Notes under the pieces: model-generated
Seen by the model: the letters and a program-made list of their open reading frames with translations, nothing else
Database searches by the model: none
What the model was told of the DNA's origin: nothing
Position numbers and translations under genes: made by a program
Assembly (NCBI GenBank): GCA_001774685.1
Contig: MFAS01000001.1
Span: 415,557-479,556 of the forward strand
DNA length: 64,000 nt
Origin: Candidatus Collierbacteria bacterium RIFOXYD2_FULL_45_13
GTDB lineage: Bacteria; Patescibacteriota; Microgenomatia; UBA1400; MFAQ01
Direction of reading: 5' to 3'
In this document: positions 36,750-46,547 of the stretch, in pieces
How the letters are laid out: every line of letters starts with the position of its first letter
Numbering within the stretch: position 1 is the stretch's first letter

Positions 36750-36834
36750 TCTATTATTTTATCACTCAATTTCCTATAACATAAGAGGAGCCGAAAATTT
36801 CGCTGATACTGATATCGCGTGATATAAATACTAT

Positions 36835-37245
36835 ATGGAGGAAATCAAAGAAAATATTTTTCAAGAGCTATGGCCTGGAGAAAAACTATTATCTACGGGG
36901 AACGAGTTGCCTGTACTGCCCCAGCGGCCGGATATGGTCACACTGACTCATGATCATTCCAGATCACTGGTAATCATGGATTCCCGGAGAAGAGTGCTGG
37001 CTTGGTATCCCGCCGGCCATATACTTGACGACCGAGAAACCGATTACGATACAGAAAAACTAGAAGCTGACATTATCAGTGAAATTGCCAGAAGGGATAT
37101 CCCTTTAGATTTCACTGTTCATGATTTGGAGTTATCCAAGGAAGAACAAGACTTGCTGAGTGGAGTCAAAGTTTTCGAGCTCGAATACTTAACAGGGGGA
37201 GTCAGGGTAAGTTTCAAAGACGATGACACCGAGGAGGATGGCTAA
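36835..37245 (+). CDS. Acidic hypothetical protein
   Basis: 136-aa ORF. Confidence 0.65.
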   Translation: MEEIKENIFQELWPGEKLLSTGNELPVLPQRPDMVTLTHDHSRSLVIMDSRRRVLAWYPAGHILDDRETDYDTEKLEADIISEIARRDIPLDFTVHDLELSKEEQDLLSGVKVFELEYLTGGVRVSFKDDDTEEDG

Positions 37246-37269
37246 TCACTCTCACGGTATACTTTTTAT

Positions 37270-37515
37270 ATGAGAAAACTAATCTGGATTATTCTGATAC
37301 TTATTGCCTTTGTCTGGCTGGCGATTGCTTTTTTTTGGACCGGGGTAAATACAGAAAACAAATCCTATGATTTCCCGGAGGCTACCCCCACGGTCTCGGA
37401 AGAAGTACAGTCTCAGATCTCACCCGTTCCCCCAGCCACCTCTTCATCCGAAGCCACACCGTCCTCACCCGTGAAGCTCCTCTCACCCACTGTCAAAGTT
37501 AATCTCAACTACTAG
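37270..37515 (+). CDS. Small membrane-anchored Ser/Pro/Thr-rich protein
   Basis: N-terminal TM helix; TATACT-N6-ATG. Confidence 0.65.
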   Translation: MRKLIWIILILIAFVWLAIAFFWTGVNTENKSYDFPEATPTVSEEVQSQISPVPPATSSSEATPSSPVKLLSPTVKVNLNY

Positions 37516-37548
37516 AGGTAAAGGTCGGGGACGAAGTATACTGAAAGT

Positions 37549-39444
37549 ATGAATCCCAAGAGAGGATTGATGGGTTTATTTATATTGCTGTTTTTTCTAT
37601 CATCTATTACTTTGGCTCTGCTAGTACTTGACGACCAAAAGGATATGTCCAGCCGTGCTTCAATTAGTTTGGTCGGTGGTCTTCAGCCTGCTCTACCCAC
37701 TGAAAAGTTAGTTCCCAATGAGTCAGTCTGGGACGGCCGGCTTCATGATCTTCCCGTCATCATTAGATACAACCCTGCTTTGTGGTTTCCACCGGACAAA
37801 GATGCCCCCGTTTTTTATCATCTTGGGCAATCCACCACGGCCAGAATCATCGTTGGCTCGGTTACACTAGGTGAACTCAGACAAATTCTCGGATCGGACT
37901 TCGTAGCACCACAGTTTCTTGGCACTCCCCGGACAAATCTCGAGAACTGGAATATCCAAAGTTATTCTTTCCATTTTCTTGGTGAAGAAAAAATTGTCGA
38001 CGTTTGGATCGGTTCTGGGGGGATAAGTTTGGTGGCCGTCATGTCGGATGACTCCACGCGCCGCGAAGTCGGTGACCTTGCCTCTCAAACCACTTATGTG
38101 GAAATCGGCAAGGTCCAAGGAGACTCCACCCCGGATGACTCCGCTCGGCTGGCTGCTCAAATGAGGCCATCGGTGGTAATGATTCTCAACAACTTCTGCG
38201 CCCAAGCAAATTTTTCCGGCAAGGCATACCCATTTTGCTTGGCTCAAGCCGGCAGCGGTTTCTTTGTCAATAAAGATGGCTACATTGCCACGAACGGACA
38301 TGTGGTTGGTAATCTTCCGGAAACTTCAATTTTTAACGCCGTCACCACCGGAGGGCTCGATGGGTTACTGGTCGATTCGCTTCAGGCTTATTACTCTGTC
38401 CAGATGGGTTCTTTGGTCGACAAAACCTTAGTCGAAACCAAAGTCAAGGAGGCCCATGCCAAAAAAGAAGCCATCTATCAAATTGCGGGTTTAATCGGAC
38501 AGATGTATAAGAAAAATTTGATCACTCTCGAGTCTGCCGAGAGTCATTATTTTATTCAGCTGGGGAACACTCCGATCCAGCTCTCCAAAACCGGAATAAA
38601 CTCAGGTTCCGGTATCGTGACCGCCACCCTGATCGCCTCAGACTACGCCGAGCCGGATTCGGTTCTCGGTTTTTCCACTTCGGATGTGGCTTTGTTAAAA
38701 ATAAACGGCACCAATTTTCCAGCCCTATCATTGGGAAATCTGACCGATGTTGGTGTCGGTTCAGGGTTGCTATTGGTCGGTTTCCCTGGCGTGGCAATGG
38801 GAAGCAATAGCCAGTTGTTGGATACTTCCGCCAATGCCGAACCAACCTTTACCAAAGGCGTAGTCAGTGCTTTTAAGCAGGCCAAGGGCAACAAGAAGAA
38901 TCTAATTCAAACCGATGCCTCAATTAATCATGGCAACAGTGGTGGCCCGGCGGTATCTACAGACGGCAAGGTCGTTGGGCTAGCAACTTACGGTCTCACA
39001 CCGGACGAAGGCGGGGGCAATTACAACTTTTTAAGAGACATTGGGGATCTCAAAGAGTTAATGGTCAAAAATAATGTAACAGCAGATATGGGGGAGACCT
39101 ATGCCATTTGGAAAAGCGGTCTGAACAATTATTGGATATCTTATTTTAAGTCCGCCAAAGCCGATTTCGAAAGAGTACTGTCTCTCTATCCAGACCATCC
39201 CACCGCCTCACGATATCTCAATGAGGCAACATCCAAAACCGGCAGTCTCGAAGACAAAACCCCCAGATTTACGAGAGCCCAGAGACAGTTATACATTGGT
39301 GCCTCTAGCGGTCTGATGATCTTTTCAGTTATGATAATTGTGGTACTCGGTGTTAGTAATTACATCGATTCCAAGAGAAGGCGGGCCCCTGTGATTCTCC
39401 CTCCGAGAGCACCCTTGCCTCCCAGACCAATTCAAACATTTTAA
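37549..39444 (+). CDS. Membrane-anchored trypsin-like serine protease (no PDZ)
   Basis: Triad motifs 'TNGHVV', 'DVALLK', 'GNSGGP'; N- and C-terminal TM helices; TPR-like segment. Confidence 0.88.
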   Translation: MNPKRGLMGLFILLFFLSSITLALLVLDDQKDMSSRASISLVGGLQPALPTEKLVPNESVWDGRLHDLPVIIRYNPALWFPPDKDAPVFYHLGQSTTARIIVGSVTLGELRQILGSDFVAPQFLGTPRTNLENWNIQSYSFHFLGEEKIVDVWIGSGGISLVAVMSDDSTRREVGDLASQTTYVEIGKVQGDSTPDDSARLAAQMRPSVVMILNNFCAQANFSGKAYPFCLAQAGSGFFVNKDGYIATNGHVVGNLPETSIFNAVTTGGLDGLLVDSLQAYYSVQMGSLVDKTLVETKVKEAHAKKEAIYQIAGLIGQMYKKNLITLESAESHYFIQLGNTPIQLSKTGINSGSGIVTATLIASDYAEPDSVLGFSTSDVALLKINGTNFPALSLGNLTDVGVGSGLLLVGFPGVAMGSNSQLLDTSANAEPTFTKGVVSAFKQAKGNKKNLIQTDASINHGNSGGPAVSTDGKVVGLATYGLTPDEGGGNYNFLRDIGDLKELMVKNNVTADMGETYAIWKSGLNNYWISYFKSAKADFERVLSLYPDHPTASRYLNEATSKTGSLEDKTPRFTRAQRQLYIGASSGLMIFSVMIIVVLGVSNYIDSKRRRAPVILPPRAPLPPRPIQTF

Positions 39445-39445
39445 C

Positions 39446-40633
39446 ATGTCCAAAACAATTCTCATTTCAGGTGGCAGTGACGGACTGGGTAAGGCTATCG
39501 CCACCAAGCTGGCACCGGCTCACAAATTAATTATTCTTTCTCACAACTCCGAAAAATTAGCAATAGTCTCCAAAGAACTAGGTTGTGATTTTGCTGTCGC
39601 GGATGTTACCGATTACGCTTCTATCAGTTCCGCCATCGAGAAAGTCTTGGTTAAACACCAAAAGATCGACGTCTTGATAAACAACGCCGGTATCTGGATA
39701 CAAGGTAATCTGGAGGACAACGACGCAAAGCAGATCAAAGAAGTCCTTGAGGTGAACTCACTTGGGACAATGTTACTCACCAAAGCCGTTTTACCTTCGA
39801 TGAAAGCCAACAGGGGTGGTAGGATCATCAATATTATTTCTCAGGATGGGCTACACGCCAAAGAAAATAGGAGCATCTACACCGCCTCGAAGTGGTCCAT
39901 CACCGGCTTTACTAAATGTCTTCAGCTGGATCTATCGCCGTATCATATTGGTGTTACAGGAATATATCCCGGACTCATGAAGACGGGACTCTTCGAAAAA
40001 CAAGGAGCAGTAAGAGATCTCGGTCAAGCCCTAGACCCTCAAGAAGTCGCCTCGGTCGTGGAATATGTTATAAACTTATCAACAGATACTCTCATAGATG
40101 ATATCGGCATCAAAAATATTAATAATCCCAAAACGAATATGGACGATAGCGGCTCACCACAAATAGGACTCGATCTAAATCCTGACATGATCACTCCTCA
40201 GACCGGCATGCCTCAAACGGCACCGGCTCAATCAGTCACCCCCGACACTTTACCCGTTACTCCCGGTGTCATCGATATCACCCCTGGTGCGAGTACTTCC
40301 GAAGATCTTCATCCAGATAAGGTGGAAGATATTACACCGCTCGACACCACCCCCGTCTCGCCACCACTCCAGACAGTTCCAGGTGTCATCGATATCACTC
40401 CTGGCAAAACCGAGTCTCCGGATCCGGCTATTTCGGAAATCCCGATGACAGACACCGGAGTGCACTTAGCGGACGTTGTTCCGACAATCTTACCGGACAC
40501 TTCGCTTCCTGGCCCAATACCGGCGACACCTCCGACAGCCGATGAGACGGCATCTGTTTCGGTGGAATTGCCACCGACCTCTCCCGCCAACCCACTGCAA
40601 GAAGATCCGGATCTTGTCAAGCTCAATAAATAA
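39446..40633 (+). CDS. SDR family oxidoreductase with a long acidic Pro/Thr-rich tail
   Basis: 'SGGSDGLG', 'NNAG', 'YTASK'. Confidence 0.88.
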   Translation: MSKTILISGGSDGLGKAIATKLAPAHKLIILSHNSEKLAIVSKELGCDFAVADVTDYASISSAIEKVLVKHQKIDVLINNAGIWIQGNLEDNDAKQIKEVLEVNSLGTMLLTKAVLPSMKANRGGRIINIISQDGLHAKENRSIYTASKWSITGFTKCLQLDLSPYHIGVTGIYPGLMKTGLFEKQGAVRDLGQALDPQEVASVVEYVINLSTDTLIDDIGIKNINNPKTNMDDSGSPQIGLDLNPDMITPQTGMPQTAPAQSVTPDTLPVTPGVIDITPGASTSEDLHPDKVEDITPLDTTPVSPPLQTVPGVIDITPGKTESPDPAISEIPMTDTGVHLADVVPTILPDTSLPGPIPATPPTADETASVSVELPPTSPANPLQEDPDLVKLNK

Positions 40634-40956
40634 TGGCCAATGTTATCTGGACTACTCATTTGCGAGAGAGGATCAAACAGCGTGGTCTAAATCCGGACTG
40701 GGTAGACCGTGCCGTCAGATTTCCCGACGAAGTTCAAGCCAGCTCGACCACCAATTCCCAGAAGCATATCAAGATAATTCAGGGTTACAAAATTGTGGCC
40801 GCCGTCAAAAGACAAGGTGGTGATTGGATTATCACCTCCGCTTGGTGGAATCCTGTATATAGCCATCCTGCCCATCAAAAAAATAACCGGTTCTTTCTGG
40901 AAAAATGGGTCGACAATGCTCTCCGGTCTTTGGAAAAACTCTTCACCAAAAAATAA
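40633..40956 (+). CDS. DUF4258-like protein
   Basis: 'IWTTHLRERIKQRGL..V..A..PD...IITSAW'. Confidence 0.6.
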   Translation: MANVIWTTHLRERIKQRGLNPDWVDRAVRFPDEVQASSTTNSQKHIKIIQGYKIVAAVKRQGGDWIITSAWWNPVYSHPAHQKNNRFFLEKWVDNALRSLEKLFTKK

Positions 40957-40991
40957 TCCTCTCATTTGAGTTTTTGATTTTTTGAGTTTTT

Positions 40992-41318
40992 TTATATTTC
41001 TTGAGTTTCCGGCTCCTCAGTCTTCTGAGGAAATAACTTTTCAGTTCCGGCTTTAATTTTTAGATACTCTTCACAACGCAGTCGGGCGAAAACTCCTTCT
41101 CTCTGTTCATTGGGACACTCGGTAATGAGAGCCATTCCAAAAAAAGTCATGCTGATAATTATCATCGAAAAAATCGAAACTCCCACGATTCTAAATTTGT
41201 AATAGACATCATCCAGTACGATTTCTCCCCAGCCTTCTACCAAATGGTAAAACCATTCCGAAAAAGCCACCAAAAATATAATTGCAACTATGACCCCAAC
41301 CGCAATCGGCATCTGCAT
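40992..41318 (-). CDS. Hypothetical two-TM protein
   Basis: 108-aa ORF with hydrophobic segments. Confidence 0.6.
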   Translation of the reverse strand: MQMPIAVGVIVAIIFLVAFSEWFYHLVEGWGEIVLDDVYYKFRIVGVSIFSMIIISMTFFGMALITECPNEQREGVFARLRCEEYLKIKAGTEKLFPQKTEEPETQEI

Positions 41319-41347
41319 ACTAGACCCATGTTATCATAGACACATCC

Positions 41348-42046
41348 ATGAAAAAACTTCTTCCAATAGTATTCGCGCTTTTTTTAGCCGGTTGTCAGCT
41401 TTTTCCCGCCTCTCAGCCATCATCAATTAAGCTGACCGATCCAAAAATTACCATCATTACTCCGTCACCGACCATTATTAACACTCCCGAATTAACACCC
41501 ACAACTATGTCTACACCCTCAGCCATTATTACCGAGGCTACTGCCGTTATCAAAACTACCAAAGGTGACATCACCGTCGAACTTTTTCCCAAGTCTGCCC
41601 CCAAGACGGTTGCCAACTTCATCGGCTTGTCCAAAGGAACTATTGATTGGACCAATCCCAAGACCGGTGAAAAGGTCTCCGGAAAATCACTATATAACGG
41701 AACTATTTTCCACCGAGTCATCTCCGACTTCATGATTCAAGGAGGGGATCCTCTCGGTACCGGCACAGGAAGCCCCGGTTATCGATTCGAAGACGAGTTC
41801 GATTCCTCCTTAAATTTTAGTCAGCCCTATATGCTCGCTATGGCCAACTCTGGCCCAAACACCAACGGTTCCCAGTTCTTTATTACCGTTGTTCCCACCA
41901 CCTGGCTCAACAACAAACACACCATTTTTGGCAAAGTCACCAAGGGCGAAGAAGTGGTTGATGCTATTGTCAACGCTCCTACCTCGGCTGGCGACAAGCC
42001 TGTCACTGACATCTCCATCAAGGCTATCGACATCGTAGAGAAATAA
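41348..42046 (+). CDS. Cyclophilin-type peptidyl-prolyl isomerase, lipoprotein
   Basis: Lipobox LAGC; 'FHRVISDFMIQGGDP', 'AMANSGPNTNGSQFFIT'. Confidence 0.95.
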   Translation: MKKLLPIVFALFLAGCQLFPASQPSSIKLTDPKITIITPSPTIINTPELTPTTMSTPSAIITEATAVIKTTKGDITVELFPKSAPKTVANFIGLSKGTIDWTNPKTGEKVSGKSLYNGTIFHRVISDFMIQGGDPLGTGTGSPGYRFEDEFDSSLNFSQPYMLAMANSGPNTNGSQFFITVVPTTWLNNKHTIFGKVTKGEEVVDAIVNAPTSAGDKPVTDISIKAIDIVEK

Positions 42047-42882
42047 TGCGTTATATCGGCGGTCATGTTTCTATTTCAGGAGGCCTGCCTCACGCCATCG
42101 AAAATACCATTAAGATAGGAGGAAACTGTTTACAGATTTTTGCCGGTTCGCCTCGACTTTGGTTTCGCAAGCCCTTTCCGGACTCGGAAGTAAAAACATT
42201 ATTATCGGGAATGAAGCAAAACAATTTCGGACCGGTCTTTATTCATGCTTTATATCTTGTGAATCTTGCCTCCCAAAATATCGAGTTGCTTGAAAAATCA
42301 ATTGCCTCTTTGGTAATCGATATCGAAAATGGCGCCCGTATTTTTTCGGCTGGGGTCATCGTCCATATTGGTTCTCATATGGGAGCTGGCTTTGACTCGG
42401 TCAAGGATCAGCTGGTGGCGGTCATTCAGAGGATACTGGGGGAAACTCAAAATTGTGATCTAATTCTGGAAAACGCCGCCGGCCAAAACGGCAAAATAGG
42501 TTCTCTCTCCGAACTTGCATACTTGCTCAAAAAAGTAAACGATCCTCGGTTAAAAGTTTGTCTGGACACAGCTCACCTCTTCGCTGCCGGGGTTGATTTG
42601 AGAAGTCTCTCAGCCATCAAAGAGTTGACTCTGGAACTGAGAGATCTGAATCTCTTAGACAGACTGGTTTGTTTACATCTTAATGATTGCGCTTCTGACT
42701 TGGATTCCCACCGCGATCTCCATGCCAATATTGGAGAAGGAAAAATCGGTCTAGAGGGGCTAAGGTTATTCATCAATCAAAAAGAACTCCTTCATCTACC
42801 CCTCATCCTCGAAGTTCCGGGTGACAACAAACAAGGCCCAAACCTCAAAAATATTTCTCTGGTTAGGGGAACTACTTCTTAG
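42046..42882 (+). CDS. nfo: Endonuclease IV
   Basis: 'GGHVSISGG', 'HALYLVNLAS', 'LENAAG', 'CLDTAH', 'HLND..DLHANIG'. Confidence 0.95.
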   Translation: MRYIGGHVSISGGLPHAIENTIKIGGNCLQIFAGSPRLWFRKPFPDSEVKTLLSGMKQNNFGPVFIHALYLVNLASQNIELLEKSIASLVIDIENGARIFSAGVIVHIGSHMGAGFDSVKDQLVAVIQRILGETQNCDLILENAAGQNGKIGSLSELAYLLKKVNDPRLKVCLDTAHLFAAGVDLRSLSAIKELTLELRDLNLLDRLVCLHLNDCASDLDSHRDLHANIGEGKIGLEGLRLFINQKELLHLPLILEVPGDNKQGPNLKNISLVRGTTS

Positions 42883-43552
42883 CTTCTTCCGGTAAGTCAT
42901 GGCGGATGTCAACTGCCGTTCCTGGGAAAAACGACATTGACGATCTGGAGGACCAATAATCTGCTTCCCTGACCGCCTCTTCAATTCTAGTTGGAAACAT
43001 CGCCCGTGACATTTCTTCTAGATTCTTATTCATTTCTTCTTTGGTATAAGGTCTGTCTTCAAAAGGGCTGACGGCATAGCACCACGGGGCCATATGATAG
43101 CGAACGGCATTCTGAATAGCCACTTTAGCGGTTGGTTCCAGATGAAACTTCTCCAGCCATTCGGACGCAATCAGGCCATGAGTGTAATCCGTTTTGGGTG
43201 TTGTCCACACTACTCCATTTTTACAGGTATCATGAAGTAAAAATGCACTGATGGCTTCGTCAAGTTCCCTCTGAGAAAATCTGGCTCTTCTGGCAAATTG
43301 CTCAATCACCGCCACACCTTTAATTACATGGCGCACTAAACCACCTTCGCCGTTATCTTCCGGCGGGTGAAATTTCCCCGAAGAACTGGCCGGGGCCGTC
43401 CAATAATTTTCATCCACTTCGGCAAGCGCTTGGTACGTAAACTCTTTAATATCTTCAGAGACAATCTTTTCGACTTCTTTTTGAACCAACCTCAAACCTT
43501 CAATGGCTATCTCAGACAACTCGGCACTTTTTGTTTTAAGCATTTCTGTCAT
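42872..43552 (-). CDS. HD-domain protein
   Basis: 'APASSSGKFHP..GGLVRH..LLHDTCK..H..HM..AD'. Confidence 0.85.
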   Translation of the reverse strand: MTEMLKTKSAELSEIAIEGLRLVQKEVEKIVSEDIKEFTYQALAEVDENYWTAPASSSGKFHPPEDNGEGGLVRHVIKGVAVIEQFARRARFSQRELDEAISAFLLHDTCKNGVVWTTPKTDYTHGLIASEWLEKFHLEPTAKVAIQNAVRYHMAPWCYAVSPFEDRPYTKEEMNKNLEEMSRAMFPTRIEEAVREADYWSSRSSMSFFPGTAVDIRHDLPEEAKK

Positions 43553-43571
43553 AGACAGAATATATCACAAA

Positions 43572-44771
43572 CTATTCATATCGGATCGCTTCCATAGGGG
43601 AGAGATCGGCGGCCTTTTTGGCCGGAAAAACGCCGAAGAAAATTCCTATGGCACTGGAGACACCAATAGCCAAAATTACCGCAAAAACATTTACCGCAAC
43701 AGGGAACCAGTTTCGAATAAACAACACAATTGCACTAGCCAGTACTAGTCCCACTATTCCTCCAAAAAGAGAGAGCATTGTAGACTCTGTCAGGAAATGA
43801 AGCAAGATATCTTTTCTTGTAGCCCCCAAGGCTCTCCGTATTCCGACTTCTCTGGTCCTCTCAGTCACGGTTGCATACATGATATTCATAATACCTACCC
43901 CGCCAACAATAAGGGAGATGGATCCAATAGCGATCAAAAACAAGTTCAATATAGCAAATATTTGATTGATTGAAGATAATATTTCCGACTGTTCAGTGAC
44001 TGAGAACTTATCTTTGTCATACCGTCTTAAAAGTGTTGTTTCAACGCTTTCCTTTACTTCCCCGACTAAGTCTTGGTTGGCAATCCCCAGATATATAGCA
44101 AAAAATGTTTTCTTGGTGTTTATGGAGCCAAAGGTGGTGGTGTAGGGAATAAAAGCCGCTTCATCGCGCTCTTGATTCCCAATTTTTTTGGACACTCCTA
44201 CTACCTTCAACCTCAGACCTTCAATGCGAATGGTCTTTCCTAGAGCTTCACTTGGGTTCTTATACAAGTTCTCAGCAATGGTATATCCTAAGACAGCAAC
44301 CTTTGCTTTTTTTTCCACGTCAGACTTAGTCCATAGTTCACCCGCATGAACTTTCAGATTCAGCAGAGAGAACATGTCCTCATTAGCTCCCATCACATTC
44401 ACTTTCTTTTCTTCATTTGCTGAACTGACAGTCGATGAGTGGATAAATACCGGAACAACGTATTTAATGTTCGGCAACTTGTTAATACTAGACACGTCTT
44501 TTTCGTCAAACTCGGCTCCTCCGGTTAAACTCGCGGGGTTACCTCCACCAGAGAATCCGGCACCGGGCAGAATCATTACCAGGTTTGCTCCAAGACTTTC
44601 AAACTGATCACGTATGTAGTTTTTTAGTCCGAGACCGAAAGCGATAAGAAGCACTACCGAAAGAACCCCAATCATGATCCCAAGAGAGGTGAGGCCGGTT
44701 CGGACCTTGTCTCGTTTAAAGTCTGCCCAAGCCGATTTAAGTAATAGATAAATTTCTATAGTGATCTTCAT
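43572..44771 (-). CDS. MacB-type ABC permease
   Basis: 'LGIMIGV', 'VGGVGIMNIM..VTERTREVGIRRALGA'. Confidence 0.93.
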   Translation of the reverse strand: MKITIEIYLLLKSAWADFKRDKVRTGLTSLGIMIGVLSVVLLIAFGLGLKNYIRDQFESLGANLVMILPGAGFSGGGNPASLTGGAEFDEKDVSSINKLPNIKYVVPVFIHSSTVSSANEEKKVNVMGANEDMFSLLNLKVHAGELWTKSDVEKKAKVAVLGYTIAENLYKNPSEALGKTIRIEGLRLKVVGVSKKIGNQERDEAAFIPYTTTFGSINTKKTFFAIYLGIANQDLVGEVKESVETTLLRRYDKDKFSVTEQSEILSSINQIFAILNLFLIAIGSISLIVGGVGIMNIMYATVTERTREVGIRRALGATRKDILLHFLTESTMLSLFGGIVGLVLASAIVLFIRNWFPVAVNVFAVILAIGVSSAIGIFFGVFPAKKAADLSPMEAIRYE

Positions 44772-45466
44772 TTTTTATCGCTAACAACTTGACCATCCAG
44801 GATCTTGATTTGTCTCCCGGTCCGTTCTGCAATTTCCATTTCGTGGGTGACCATAACCACAGTGATCCCTTCCGATTTATTAAGATCCTCAAAGAGATTA
44901 ATGATCTCAGTGCCTGTTTTACGATCCAAATTGCCGGTAGGTTCGTCAGCTAAAACCAGTTGAGGTTTCATGATCAGTGCCCTGGCAACCGCCACTCTTT
45001 GCTGTTGACCTCCTGATATTTTATTTGGGAAAGAGTCCTTTTTAGATAATATTCCAAACTTCTCCATCAGCATCTCTGCTCTTTCATCAGGATCAAAATC
45101 TAATTTTCTCCGACTATATGTAGCCGGTAAAAGAATATTTTCTTTGATTGTCAGTTTGTTTAATAAATTAAACTGCTGAAATACAAAACCGACATAAGAG
45201 TTGCGCAGAGTTGATGTCTGGTTGTCGTCTAACTTAGCCACATCGTTTCCGTTAACGATTATCTCTCCTCGAGTTGGTTTGTCCAGTAGGCCGATCATGT
45301 GCATCAGGGTAGATTTTCCCGATCCGGAGGGTCCGATTATGGCCGAAAACTCGCCTTCATGAATATCCAGATTTATGTCCCGAAGCGCCGTAAAGACGGT
45401 CTCATCTCCCAATACATATTCTTTCCATAGATTCTTAAGGCTGATTATAGATGACGTCGTTTTCAT
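44768..45466 (-). CDS. ABC ATP-binding protein (MacB/LolD type)
   Basis: GPSGSGKS, SGGQQQR, LADEPTGNLD. Confidence 0.93.
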   Translation of the reverse strand: MKTTSSIISLKNLWKEYVLGDETVFTALRDINLDIHEGEFSAIIGPSGSGKSTLMHMIGLLDKPTRGEIIVNGNDVAKLDDNQTSTLRNSYVGFVFQQFNLLNKLTIKENILLPATYSRRKLDFDPDERAEMLMEKFGILSKKDSFPNKISGGQQQRVAVARALIMKPQLVLADEPTGNLDRKTGTEIINLFEDLNKSEGITVVMVTHEMEIAERTGRQIKILDGQVVSDKK

Positions 45467-46463
45467 TTAGTCCTTCCTTTATTTCCACCATGCCTTCCAC
45501 GTTTTCTCCTACAATGATCTCCACTTTTTTCGAAATACCATTATCCAACATGGTGACATAGTGTTTTCCGTCGATCTTTATGATATACGCTTCGGGTATG
45601 GCCAGCACATTCTTGTTCTCCTTAAGAATGAAGTTTACATCGCCCGTCATACCCATCTTAATGGCCTCTCGGGTCCCACCTGGATCAAAATTAATTACCA
45701 GCTCATATACAGTCCCGGACTCTCCCTCTTTTGGTACAAAACCGACTCTTTCAAGTTGGGCTTTATATTCCTGTTCCGGAAAAGAATCCAACATAATAGT
45801 TCCGGTCATTCCGGACTGGAGGGCGGGAACTTCTGTCTGATCCGCTGTTGCCGAGAAATAAAGGCTAGCCGGATTCACAATACTAAAGACCGCGCCAGCC
45901 GGGGTAATATTCGTCCCAGGTTGGGGTACGTCTACCTTAGTTACAATTCCCTCGAAGGGGGAGAAGATAGTGGCAAACTTGATGGCCAAATTTTTCGCCT
46001 CAAAAGCCAGCACGGCGTTATTTAGATCAAACTGATTTTTGTCCAGTGTTCTTTTGACCGCGTCTCTGGCGGCATCTGTCATTCCTCTTGTCTGCCAATC
46101 TTTGTTGTCGTCCACTCCTTGTTCAAAATCCCATCTTTCTTTCAGAAAAAGATTCATATATTGATTAAGGCTATTGGTCAGTTCTCTCTTGTCCAGCGAA
46201 GCTAACGCCTGATATTTTTTGACCGTGTCTCCTTCTTTCACACCCACCCAAGTCAACAGTCCGGAAGTTTGAAATTTGACGTCGGCCTTTTCTTTAGCAT
46301 CAACTTCACCGGAAAGCGAAAGTGTGTCGGTTAGGTCGTGTTTTATTACAGTGTAGGTTCTAGACTTCAGCTCGCTCGCCTGTGCGTTTCTCCACAGCAT
46401 AAATCCTCCACCGGCCAACAGGCCAATAAAAAAAATCCACCAAAAACGTTTCACGAACTTCAT
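45435..46463 (-). CDS. MacA-like periplasmic adaptor (membrane fusion protein)
   Basis: TM anchor, 'VKEGDTVKK.Q.L' lipoyl half motif, 'SPFEGIV'. Confidence 0.88.
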   Translation of the reverse strand: MKFVKRFWWIFFIGLLAGGGFMLWRNAQASELKSRTYTVIKHDLTDTLSLSGEVDAKEKADVKFQTSGLLTWVGVKEGDTVKKYQALASLDKRELTNSLNQYMNLFLKERWDFEQGVDDNKDWQTRGMTDAARDAVKRTLDKNQFDLNNAVLAFEAKNLAIKFATIFSPFEGIVTKVDVPQPGTNITPAGAVFSIVNPASLYFSATADQTEVPALQSGMTGTIMLDSFPEQEYKAQLERVGFVPKEGESGTVYELVINFDPGGTREAIKMGMTGDVNFILKENKNVLAIPEAYIIKIDGKHYVTMLDNGISKKVEIIVGENVEGMVEIKEGLNENDVIYNQP

Positions 46464-46547
46464 TACTTCATTTTATCTAATTCCAACTGGAAAAGCCAAC
46501 AGCGAATATTTCTTATATATAAACGGAACATAAGATAGAATATCTTC

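Noticed and set aside
40633-40956. Toxin-antitoxin module around the DUF4258-like gene
   Set aside because: No adjacent antitoxin-like small gene; it is simply coupled to the SDR gene.
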